In this document: piece after piece, positions 1-7,591 of the stretch | Layout of the letters: each line of letters begins with the position of its first letter | Numbering within the stretch: position 1 is the first letter of the stretch | NCBI GenBank assembly: GCA_963704435.1 | Contig: OY969902.1 | Span: 270,001 to 302,000 of the forward strand | Length of the DNA stretch: 32,000 bases | Reading direction: 5' to 3' | Source: an uncultured archaeon | GTDB taxonomy: Archaea > Micrarchaeota > Micrarchaeia > Micrarchaeales > CABMGC01 | Notes under the pieces: generated by a model | What the model saw: only the letters and a program-made list of their open reading frames with translations | What the model was told of the DNA's origin: nothing | Databases searched by the model: none | Made by a program: the position numbers and the translations under genes

Positions 1-404
1 CCTATTATTGGGTGATTCTGAGTTATGGTTTTCCCATCCTCTCCAGCAGCATCGCACTGATCTGCCTTATCGCATACCGTACATATGAAATAAATTTCCT
101 TCGAGAGAATTCTGATTTTGCCATAGAAGTTATTCGGTTTACAATTGCGTTTCACACGGTCATCAACAAACCAAGTCTCAGCTCTATCATCTGTTGGGCA
201 CAAACCAATCTCTTTAGCTAACTCTTCTGGAATAAGGGATATCTGTGCTCCAGTGTCTATGAATGCTAAGACTTTACGGCTCCCTGAGGAGCCCGTTAAT
301 TCTACCCATTCATGAACTTTAAATGCAGTAGTAGAACCCTCTCTGGCTAAGGTGCTGCGGTAGCTTTCCAGAACTCTCTCCTTGGTTTCGTTTGTGCATT
401 CCAT
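1..404 (-). CDS. Retropepsin-like (clan AA) aspartic protease, C-terminal end runs off the window
   Basis: Absent from the ORF track because it has no stop inside the window. The minus-strand frame is open from ATG 404-402 to position 3. Translation MECTNETKERVLESYRSTLAREGSTTAFKVHEWVELTGSSGSRKVLAFIDTGAQISLIPEELAKEIG... carries the hydrophobic-hydrophobic-D-T-G-A active-site signature. Confidence 0.5.
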   Translation of the reverse strand, partial: MECTNETKERVLESYRSTLAREGSTTAFKVHEWVELTGSSGSRKVLAFIDTGAQISLIPEELAKEIGLCPTDDRAETWFVDDRVKRNCKPNNFYGKIRILSKEIYFICTVCDKADQCDAAGEDGKTITQNHPII

Positions 405-470
405 AGCATTCCCATTTTACTAATAGCTAAAAGATTAATATTTTGAGAGCATAGTCAAAGCGATACTTCT

Positions 471-839
471 ATGGATAACCTTACAAAGTCGCAAAGGAGC
501 CATGTGATGTCAACCATAAGAAGCAGGAACACGGCCCCAGAGTTGCGCATCAAGAAGCTGATGCAGGCGTTAAACTTTCGCTACCAGCCAAAAGGCATCT
601 ATGGAAAGCCTGACTTCGCAAACAGGAAGGAGAAAATAGCGGTGTTCATCGACGGGTGCTTTTGGCACGGATGTCAGATACACTACAAGACTCCTACGAG
701 CAACGTGGATTTCTGGAAAAGAAAAGTGAGCACGAACATCAAGCACGATAGGAAAGTCTCGTATGTGCTGAGGGTGGAAGGATGGAGAGTCATCAGAATA
801 TGGGAGCATTCTATAACTGCGCTTGAGTCTAAGGATTGA
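471..839 (+). CDS. vsr: Very-short-patch repair endonuclease (Vsr family)
   Basis: 122 aa. SQRSHVMSTIRSRNTAPE, GKPDFANRKEKIAVFIDGCFWHGC, FWKRKVSTNIKHDRK and GWRVIRIWEH match the conserved Vsr blocks. It lies 51 nt upstream of a C5 DNA methyltransferase. Confidence 0.9.
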   Translation: MDNLTKSQRSHVMSTIRSRNTAPELRIKKLMQALNFRYQPKGIYGKPDFANRKEKIAVFIDGCFWHGCQIHYKTPTSNVDFWKRKVSTNIKHDRKVSYVLRVEGWRVIRIWEHSITALESKD

Positions 840-890
840 GCCAATCCAGGGATTTAAATATCTTGACTTCTACAACCAACTGTGTGAGCT

Positions 891-1949
891 ATGCACTCCA
901 AGGGTACTGCTGTAGATCTCTTTTCTGGGGCAGGGGGTGCAAGCGAGGGGATTGAGCAGGCAGGTTTTGAAGTGGCTGCCGCCAACGAGATAAATGCACA
1001 TGCCGCACTTACCTACAAGTTCAACCATCCAGACACCGAGCTGATACAGAAAGATGTGAGGAAACTCACTTCGAAAGAGCTGCTCAGGACAGTAAATAGG
1101 ATTGATTTGCTCTTTGCAGGGATTCCATGCCAAGGGTTCTCGAACGCAGGCAGGAAAGACACGCACGACCGCAGAAACTATCTCTTTCGTGAAGTCATAA
1201 GGCTGGCACGTGAAATAAAGCCACCCTTTGTCCTCATCGAGAACGTAGCTGGGTTGCTTGCGCAGAGAAATCGACCTTTTCTCGGTCTGATTGAAGCGGG
1301 CATGAAGCGGACGGGGTACACCGTCTCACACAGATTGTTCGACACATCGGAATTCGGGGTTCCGCAGAGAAGGAGGCGGATTCTGATATTGGCATCTCAG
1401 GATAAAGATGTAACACTGGAATCTTTTAGCTGGAAAAGTCCAGAGGTTGTATCAGTAATGGGGGCTATCGGCGACCTCGATTTCCTGGACCACGGCATTG
1501 CAGCAGAATATCTTAAACTTCCAAGGACACTTTATCAGAAAAAAATGCGTGGAAGCCAAAAGGAGTTATGGAACCACGAAACAGCAAGGCATTCGAGAAA
1601 GGTGGCGAGAAGATTTTCAATCTTGAGGGAGGGAGAGGTGATGCGTACTGCGCTCCCGCGAAGCAGGACAAGGAAGATATACACCGTCAAGCTTCAGGGT
1701 GGAGAGCTATCACCCACAATGACAACTATGCCAGACGACTATGTTCATTATGCACTACCGAGGACGCTCACGGTGAGAGAGATGGCAAGATTGCAGTCCT
1801 TTAGAGATTCATACCTCTTCCTTGGCCCAAGGACCACAGGCGGCACGTTGAGGAGGATGAGCGTCCCTCAGTACACGCAGGTCGGAAATGCCGTGCCGCC
1901 ACTCTTTCTGAAGCAAATTTGCCTTTTGTTGGCGAAAACAATGAGCTAA
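891..1949 (+). CDS. dcm: DNA (cytosine-5)-methyltransferase
   Basis: 352 aa. Motif I DLFSGAGGASEG, motif IV GIPCQGFS (catalytic Cys), motif VI ENV, motif VIII QRRRR, motif X GNAVPPLF. Confidence 0.92.
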   Translation: MHSKGTAVDLFSGAGGASEGIEQAGFEVAAANEINAHAALTYKFNHPDTELIQKDVRKLTSKELLRTVNRIDLLFAGIPCQGFSNAGRKDTHDRRNYLFREVIRLAREIKPPFVLIENVAGLLAQRNRPFLGLIEAGMKRTGYTVSHRLFDTSEFGVPQRRRRILILASQDKDVTLESFSWKSPEVVSVMGAIGDLDFLDHGIAAEYLKLPRTLYQKKMRGSQKELWNHETARHSRKVARRFSILREGEVMRTALPRSRTRKIYTVKLQGGELSPTMTTMPDDYVHYALPRTLTVREMARLQSFRDSYLFLGPRTTGGTLRRMSVPQYTQVGNAVPPLFLKQICLLLAKTMS

Positions 1950-2210
1950 AGGCAGCAGTTAACTCTGCGGTTCACCGAAAAGTATATATATCTATTTGCC
2001 ACTACTGCCTGGAAACTATGCCTGGAGGATTCCGCCTCACATCCAGGCAAGATAAGGTATATATAGTAGATTGTGTAAGAGAATTATGCAGGTGCGGTTA
2101 AAACAGATGTGTAGTGGAGGCGTCTCCTTCCTCATAGACGGAACGCCTCCCCTGTCAGGACCGCATCTGTTGGTACTATTGTGTCCTTCATATGATTTAA
2201 AGGTACCCTT

Positions 2211-3722
2211 TTGCCTGGTAAGGTGGTCGAAATAGCAGAAACGGAAGAAAATGAAAAGCAACATACAGAGAAAATCCGAGTTGGAACTCAGATAATAAAG
2301 CAGCTGAGCTCGGCTTTTTATCCAAATCCTCTCATAATCTTTGATGAACTGGTTTCCAATGCAAATGACGCACTGGCTGAAACGGTAAAAATCCACATCG
2401 GGAGGGGCTGGATAACGATAGAAGACGATGGAGAAGGAATGACTCACGAAGGCCTCGTCCACTTCTTCTATATTTCGCATACAGAGAAGGAGTCCGTTCC
2501 CGTCAGGTCCTTCAAGAATGTGAAGCGTTACATAATAGGCAAGTTTGGCATAGGCAAGATCTCTCTGTATCAAGTGTGCAAGGATTTTGAGATAGTTACT
2601 TGGCGTGATGGCATAGAATCTTCGGCTGTTTTCGATTTTGAGAAATTTGAAAAGGCGGATTTCATAGATTCCTTCAATTTGACGGTTAATTCCAAGAAAA
2701 CCGACCGAAAAGGCCACGGGACTGTCATAAACCTGTTCAACCTGAAAGGTTCCGTGAAGGAGATAACACTGCGTGACATCAAACGCCGACTCGAGAGGAC
2801 AATGCCATTGACTGAGAACTTCAAGGTATTGCTCAGTGATAGCCAAATCGGGCCTATGGAGATAAAATCGGAAAACCTTGATATCAGGATGGCGGCTAAA
2901 TATGACATAAAAGCGGATGTTCCTGATGTTGGATCAGTAACTGGCAGAGTGCTCTTCTTCAAGCACGAGGATCAGCCAAGTCAGGGCGTTTTCATAAGAG
3001 TCTTGGGCAGGCTGGTCAATTCTGAAAATACTCAAGGCATATTGAACATGAATGCGTTAAATCACCCTCAGATGTTCGCAAATAAGATCAGGGTGGAAGT
3101 GAACGCCGACGGCCTCAACGACGTCCTTCTTACGAATCGCGCTGGATTCATGGAGAAAAGTGAGCAATACGTGTCATTCCGTGCATGGCTCCAAAAATAT
3201 GTACGAAGACTTACGGATTCCGAGTACGACAAGTGGGGCGAAATTAGAGAGAACCTCGAGAAGGTCGAGCTTCCGCAGGCAATATCAGACGCATATAGCA
3301 ATATTGCTAATGTAGTGCCCCAATCAGGAATAAGCAAGTACAGTGAGAGGGAAGAAAAAGCACGACCACAACACAAACAAAAAGAGACCAAAACCAGAAG
3401 CAGAGAACTCCCAGACCTACAGACCCTCATCAAAAAGGGCAAACTAAAGATTGAGATACAAGAGATGAAGTTGACTGATGGCGAAGCTCTTTTCGATAAA
3501 GAAAATGGAATTTTGATAATAAATTCCAGAAGCCCGTCTTATGGGTTTGCCAAAACTAAGATGAGACTATCTGGCGTAGTCTACCACATATTCAAGTCTG
3601 CAACAGTGCTCATCGCATACGAGTCTGCAAGAAATCTTGAGGAATTCAAATACATATACGATGCCATTTCCAATAATGCAGAGCTCCTCCGCAGTATTGG
3701 CATGCTACTGAAAAGAAGGTGA
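2211..3722 (+). CDS. GHKL (Bergerat-fold) ATPase, MutL/MORC/Hsp90-like N-terminal domain, no recognisable effector domain
   Basis: 503 aa with a TTG start in the track. N box ELVSNANDA, G1 box IEDDGEGM, G2 box GKFGIGKISL. K/E-rich linker (EREEKARPQHKQKETKTRSRE). Same strand as vsr-dcm, directly downstream. Confidence 0.75.
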   Translation: MPGKVVEIAETEENEKQHTEKIRVGTQIIKQLSSAFYPNPLIIFDELVSNANDALAETVKIHIGRGWITIEDDGEGMTHEGLVHFFYISHTEKESVPVRSFKNVKRYIIGKFGIGKISLYQVCKDFEIVTWRDGIESSAVFDFEKFEKADFIDSFNLTVNSKKTDRKGHGTVINLFNLKGSVKEITLRDIKRRLERTMPLTENFKVLLSDSQIGPMEIKSENLDIRMAAKYDIKADVPDVGSVTGRVLFFKHEDQPSQGVFIRVLGRLVNSENTQGILNMNALNHPQMFANKIRVEVNADGLNDVLLTNRAGFMEKSEQYVSFRAWLQKYVRRLTDSEYDKWGEIRENLEKVELPQAISDAYSNIANVVPQSGISKYSEREEKARPQHKQKETKTRSRELPDLQTLIKKGKLKIEIQEMKLTDGEALFDKENGILIINSRSPSYGFAKTKMRLSGVVYHIFKSATVLIAYESARNLEEFKYIYDAISNNAELLRSIGMLLKRR

Positions 3723-3726
3723 ATAA

Positions 3727-3867
3727 TCAGGTTGTCTTCAGCCAATTTAAGATAGCTTCTTCTACAGCAGTGCTTATGCTCCCCTTTTTGAAACCGAACT
3801 TCTCCGCAGCCTTCCTGCGAAGTTTTTCCTCGAGAGCATCGGAAATTACGATCTGCATCCTACCCAT
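3727..3867 (-). CDS. Ribbon-helix-helix (CopG/Arc-like) small DNA-binding protein, orphan antitoxin-like
   Basis: The track ORF is 3727..3915 (62 aa). The likely product starts at the internal Met: MGRMQIVISDALEEKLRRKAAEKFGFKKGSISTAVEEAILNWLKTT. This is a beta-strand, helix, helix pattern typical of RHH antitoxins. No partner toxin ORF is adjacent. Confidence 0.5.
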   Translation of the reverse strand: MGRMQIVISDALEEKLRRKAAEKFGFKKGSISTAVEEAILNWLKTT

Positions 3868-3956
3868 TTCTACACAAAAACATTTATACACACATACATT
3901 TATATTCCTTTTCAATCATATATACACACATACAGCTATGTGTTTGAGGCACGGAT

Positions 3957-4964
3957 ATGGAAAAAATGGAGGTTCTGCAAACGGTGGGTGGGAAGCTAAC
4001 CTATAGCCAGGACTGGCCAGCTTACAACAAGGCCCAGATCCAGGAGAAAACTCTTTTCATGCGCCTATTGCATGAACTTTGCAATGAGATAGAAGAGCCA
4101 ATGTATGTTTTTGGCAGGCCGAAAAAGCTTCGTGGAGACATGGTATTCAGCTCTGCCTTGAAGGTATACACTACCTTTTCGCTTAGGCGTTTCATGACCG
4201 ACATGGAAACTGCTTTGAAAGAAGGATACCTCAAAAATCGATGCTCATATAGCACAGTTAGCAACTATATGAGGAGTGAAAAACTAACAGTAATACTGAA
4301 AGATCTGATAATGCTATCTGCAATGCCGTTGAAAACAGTAGAAACTCAATTTGCAGTGGACAGCTCTGGCCTGAGAACAACAAAATTTAGCGACTACTGC
4401 AGAGAGAAGCACCACATGAGCCAGTCCCATCTATGGGTAAAGGTCCATGCAATCTGTGGAGTAAAAACCAACATCATAACGGCAGTGGAGCTCGGATTTG
4501 ACAACCATACTGCGGACAGTCCGCAATTTGCGCCTCTCGTAAGCGCAACGGCAAAGATGGGGTTCGGGATAAAAGAAGTATCTGCAGACAAGGCCTACAG
4601 TTCAGTAGCCAATTATAATGTGGTACAAGATGTTGGCGGACAGGCATACATTCCGTTCAAAAGCAATACAACTGCATTATCGAGTTACAGCAAAGGAACT
4701 CGAGGAAAATTGTGGAGAAGGATGTTTCATTACTTCCAGCTAAATCAGGAGGAATTTCTGGAGCATTACCATAAGAGGAGCAACATCGAAAGCACGTTCT
4801 TTATGATAAAGGCAAAGTTCACGGATTTGATAAGGAGCAAGGATGAAACCGCACAGATAAATGAGGTGCTTTTAAAGGTTTTATGCCATAATATCTGTGT
4901 GTTAATCCAGCAGATGTTTGAGCTGGGGATCGAACCTGATTTCTTGAAGGGTGAAACCACATGA
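3957..4964 (+). CDS. DDE transposase, IS4/IS5-type
   Basis: 335 aa. Candidate catalytic residues are in AVDSSG, SADKAY and YHKRSNIESTFFMIK, the last fitting the Y-x2-R-x3-E-x6-K signature of IS4/IS5-type transposases. The element ends were not resolved. Confidence 0.8.
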   Translation: MEKMEVLQTVGGKLTYSQDWPAYNKAQIQEKTLFMRLLHELCNEIEEPMYVFGRPKKLRGDMVFSSALKVYTTFSLRRFMTDMETALKEGYLKNRCSYSTVSNYMRSEKLTVILKDLIMLSAMPLKTVETQFAVDSSGLRTTKFSDYCREKHHMSQSHLWVKVHAICGVKTNIITAVELGFDNHTADSPQFAPLVSATAKMGFGIKEVSADKAYSSVANYNVVQDVGGQAYIPFKSNTTALSSYSKGTRGKLWRRMFHYFQLNQEEFLEHYHKRSNIESTFFMIKAKFTDLIRSKDETAQINEVLLKVLCHNICVLIQQMFELGIEPDFLKGETT

Positions 4965-5084
4965 AGGTAAGTAATTTATTCTTAAGTATTCAAAGCAGGG
5001 TTACGCAAAATGCGTTCTGGCAACGCTATACAAGAGGCCATCTGCTTTTGGGTGATCTTTCGTTGTTAGCGAAGCCAGTGCAAA

Positions 5085-6095
5085 TTGGTGTCAAATATGA
5101 TTAGAACCGATTCAAAAACTGGTGAGTTCCTTGACGTTAACCAAGTGCATAAGGGCGATGCGAGGATTCTGCTGAAAAAAGTCCAGCCGAATTCCATAAA
5201 ATTGAGTGTGTGGTCACCACCTTATCATGTTGGAAAGGAGTATGAAAAAGGCATGTCATATGAGGATTGGGTTTCATTGCTTCGGGAAGTAATAAAGGAG
5301 CACTACGAGATACTTGTGCCAGGAGGTTTCCTTGTAATAAACATAGCTGACATTTTGTGCTTTAAAGATAAGTCCATGCCCAGAATCCAGGCTTTGAATC
5401 TAAACAGGCAGCGCAGTCAAGTTACTAAAACTGACATATTAAAGGCCATGTCCAATCACCCTGATTTCAACCGAGATCAACTTGCATTGTTGCTGGGTTG
5501 CAGCGAGCAAACAATAGACAGGCGATTACACGGCAACAATATACGTGGCGGTAAATACTCGGACCAAACGAGAGTTAAGGTTGTCGGGGGTTTGATAGAA
5601 TCATTTGCTTTAGAAGCAGGGCTGTACCCTTACGATAGGAGAATATGGGTAAAGGATCCAGCGTGGGCAAATTCAAAGTTCTCGACGCTTTCATATAGAT
5701 CAGTAGATGAATTTGAATACCTGTATTTCTTCTGGAAGCCAGGCGTCACAGAAATAAAAAGAGAAAGACTCACAAACGATGAATGGGCTGACTGGGGCTA
5801 CAGAGGCGTGTGGAAGATTCCATCAGTCAGATCAAATTACGACCACGAAGCGAAATTTCCAGAAGAGTTGCCCTCCAGAGTTATACGCCTATTGACCGAT
5901 CCTGGCGACATAGTATTGGACTGTTTTATGGGGAGCGGAACAACGGCCATAGCCGCACTTAAAAACAACAGGCAATATGTGGGCATAGAGTTATTTGCCA
6001 AATATGTAGCCCTATCCAACAAGAACATCAAGGATGCGATTAAAAAGAGAGACCAATCTTTAAAGCAGAGCCGTCTTGCCAAATCTTGGAACTGA
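5085..6095 (+). CDS. Beta-class N4/N6 DNA methyltransferase (SPPY type)
   Basis: 336 aa. Catalytic motif IV VWSPPYHVGKEYE lies N-terminal and SAM motif I VLDCFMGSGTTAIAA lies C-terminal, which is the beta permutation. An inserted HTH-like segment reads DQLALLLGCSEQTIDRRLHG. The track start is TTG 5085; ATG 5097 is equally plausible. Confidence 0.85.
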   Translation: MVSNMIRTDSKTGEFLDVNQVHKGDARILLKKVQPNSIKLSVWSPPYHVGKEYEKGMSYEDWVSLLREVIKEHYEILVPGGFLVINIADILCFKDKSMPRIQALNLNRQRSQVTKTDILKAMSNHPDFNRDQLALLLGCSEQTIDRRLHGNNIRGGKYSDQTRVKVVGGLIESFALEAGLYPYDRRIWVKDPAWANSKFSTLSYRSVDEFEYLYFFWKPGVTEIKRERLTNDEWADWGYRGVWKIPSVRSNYDHEAKFPEELPSRVIRLLTDPGDIVLDCFMGSGTTAIAALKNNRQYVGIELFAKYVALSNKNIKDAIKKRDQSLKQSRLAKSWN

Positions 6096-6920
6096 TAGCC
6101 AGCCATCTTTAGAAGGGGATATCCTAACACAGCGCCACGAATCAATCTTTGAGAGCGGATTCAGTTTTATTCTTGTGCGCTTGTGTTTGAAAGCCAATTC
6201 ATCTTTGCCAGGGGTCATAATTCCAGAAACTTTTGAATAGAACGGGCCATCAAACATCAATAGTCCATTAGGAACTGAAATGACTTCCATGTACTCCAAT
6301 GGTTGCGTGCCCTTGCTTTTAACAGAATAGACTACTTTCAGGAAAAATGTCAGACAGTATTTCAGTTTTCCGTCTTTTGTAACATAGATCGGAGGCAACT
6401 CTGGTTGAAACTCCATCGAACGTCGAGGCCCATTAACTTTTATTTTTGAGTTCAGGTAACCAGTCGAATTCCAGATATGCCCATCTCCTGAGATCTGGTT
6501 AGGACTTACTACGACTTCATCTGGATTATCATTTGGACCAGTGAGTTTAATGTCGAAATGAATCACTGCAGTATTAGTCATGAATCTGACATCTCCACCA
6601 AAGGGCAGCCCTACAAATTCTAAATCTGGGAAGGTATCGTCTAATCCCATAATCAGATTCTGGCTAATGGATTTTTCTCCGACCTCTCCCCACGGTATAG
6701 AATCTTCACGTGGCTTTCGCCCTCTTGGACGTGGAGCATAATTCCACCAGAAAGGTTTAAGATATACGGCTTCGTCGAATTCTGATTTGAGTTTGGGTGC
6801 CGCATTTAGACATAAATCAACAAGCTTCGTGCTATACTGTTTTTCCAAGTTTATGAGAGTTTCTGGATGTTTGATTGCTTCTTCTCTGGCCTTCATATAG
6901 CTCTCTTTGAAATCATCCAT
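6060..6920 (-). CDS. Hypothetical protein, candidate cognate type II restriction endonuclease (PD-(D/E)XK-like)
   Basis: 286 aa. Convergent with the methyltransferase, 3' ends overlapping by 36 nt. GGDVRFMTNTAVIHFDIKL fits D-x13-D-x-K. There is no other recognisable motif, so the call rests on context. Confidence 0.4.
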   Translation of the reverse strand: MDDFKESYMKAREEAIKHPETLINLEKQYSTKLVDLCLNAAPKLKSEFDEAVYLKPFWWNYAPRPRGRKPREDSIPWGEVGEKSISQNLIMGLDDTFPDLEFVGLPFGGDVRFMTNTAVIHFDIKLTGPNDNPDEVVVSPNQISGDGHIWNSTGYLNSKIKVNGPRRSMEFQPELPPIYVTKDGKLKYCLTFFLKVVYSVKSKGTQPLEYMEVISVPNGLLMFDGPFYSKVSGIMTPGKDELAFKHKRTRIKLNPLSKIDSWRCVRISPSKDGWLSVPRFGKTALL

Positions 6921-6963
6921 AAAGCTCGATTGAAATAGAATAGGAAAAGATAAAAGAAGCTAC

Positions 6964-7003
6964 TCTGTTTAAAAAGTCTTAGTTCTGTTTAAAAAGTGCT
7001 ACT
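6964..7003. repeat. Two tandem 20-bp units sharing the 14-mer tctgtttaaaaagt
   Basis: tctgtttaaaaagtcttagt / tctgtttaaaaagtgctact at 6964 and 6984. Lies between the stop of 7006..7353 and the start of 6060..6920. Confidence 0.7.
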
Positions 7004-7005
7004 TT

Positions 7006-7353
7006 CTAAACAAAGCCGAAGTTGGAGTAAGATTGTGCAAGCTGTTTTATGAGATTCTCTTCAATAAAATTTCTTGCCTTTTTATCATATAAAGTTTCTT
7101 TTGCTGTTCCTTTTAATTTGCCGAATCTTCCGTAAAATACTTCTTCTCCATCCATATTCTGTTTAGAAACATTTCCAAATACCCATATGGCTTTTTCTAT
7201 ACCTTTTCTATTTTTCTCAATATACCCCTCACTCTTTGATATAAAGTCGAATATCTTTTCTTCAAAACTCTTTTCCTTTTCATAATTAATTGTCCGTTGA
7301 GAAGCTATGTGCATCCTTCCTATTACGAAGTTATGCTCCCAATCATTTCTCAT
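7006..7353 (-). CDS. Hypothetical protein (115 aa), no recognisable family
   Basis: Clean ORF in the AT-rich region, K/E-rich, same strand as the candidate nuclease. Flanked on both sides by pairs of the same 14-nt motif. Confidence 0.4.
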   Translation of the reverse strand: MRNDWEHNFVIGRMHIASQRTINYEKEKSFEEKIFDFISKSEGYIEKNRKGIEKAIWVFGNVSKQNMDGEEVFYGRFGKLKGTAKETLYDKKARNFIEENLIKQLAQSYSNFGFV

Positions 7354-7423
7354 ATCGGAATATGGAATAGTAGGTTTCTTATAATCTTCTTTGTTGGTCG
7401 TTCAACTCACCTTATTAATTAAA

Positions 7424-7463
7424 TCTGTCCAGAAAGTCTTGATTCTGTCTGAAAAGTAGGACT
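7424..7463. repeat. Two tandem 20-bp units related to the 6964-7003 repeat
   Basis: tctgtccagaaagtcttgat / tctgtctgaaaagtaggact at 7424 and 7444, with the same 20-bp spacing. Minus-strand consensus over all four copies is ACTTTYYRRACAGA. Confidence 0.65.
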
Positions 7464-7591
7464 TTGTGGATACTTGACGGACAAAGCCGTGTGGGCCTGG
7501 CCAGTCCGAGGGTATAGAAAACCCTATATAGGAGGGCTTTCTAATAGAAGCAATGGAATAGAATGGAAAAGCTAATTTTCCTTATTTTTCG

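Noticed and set aside
1919-2101. 60-aa ORF in the dcm-ATPase spacer
   Set aside because: It overlaps the dcm 3' end, is Cys/Arg-rich with no motif, and lies in a region better explained by nested inverted repeats.
2037-2962. 269-aa and 130-aa minus-strand ORFs antisense to the GHKL ATPase gene
   Set aside because: They overlap a gene with a clear Bergerat-fold motif set and have no motifs of their own. They are most likely antisense shadow ORFs.
3868-5084. Terminal inverted repeats and target-site duplication of the IS element
   Set aside because: Comparing the left spacer with the reverse complement of the right spacer by eye gave no convincing inverted repeat of 10 bp or more. Element boundaries are therefore not reported.
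6964-7463. Short tandem repeats as a possible CRISPR remnant
   Set aside because: There are only two adjacent 20-bp units per site with no spacers between them. The repeat length is too short, and no cas genes or longer array are anywhere in the window.
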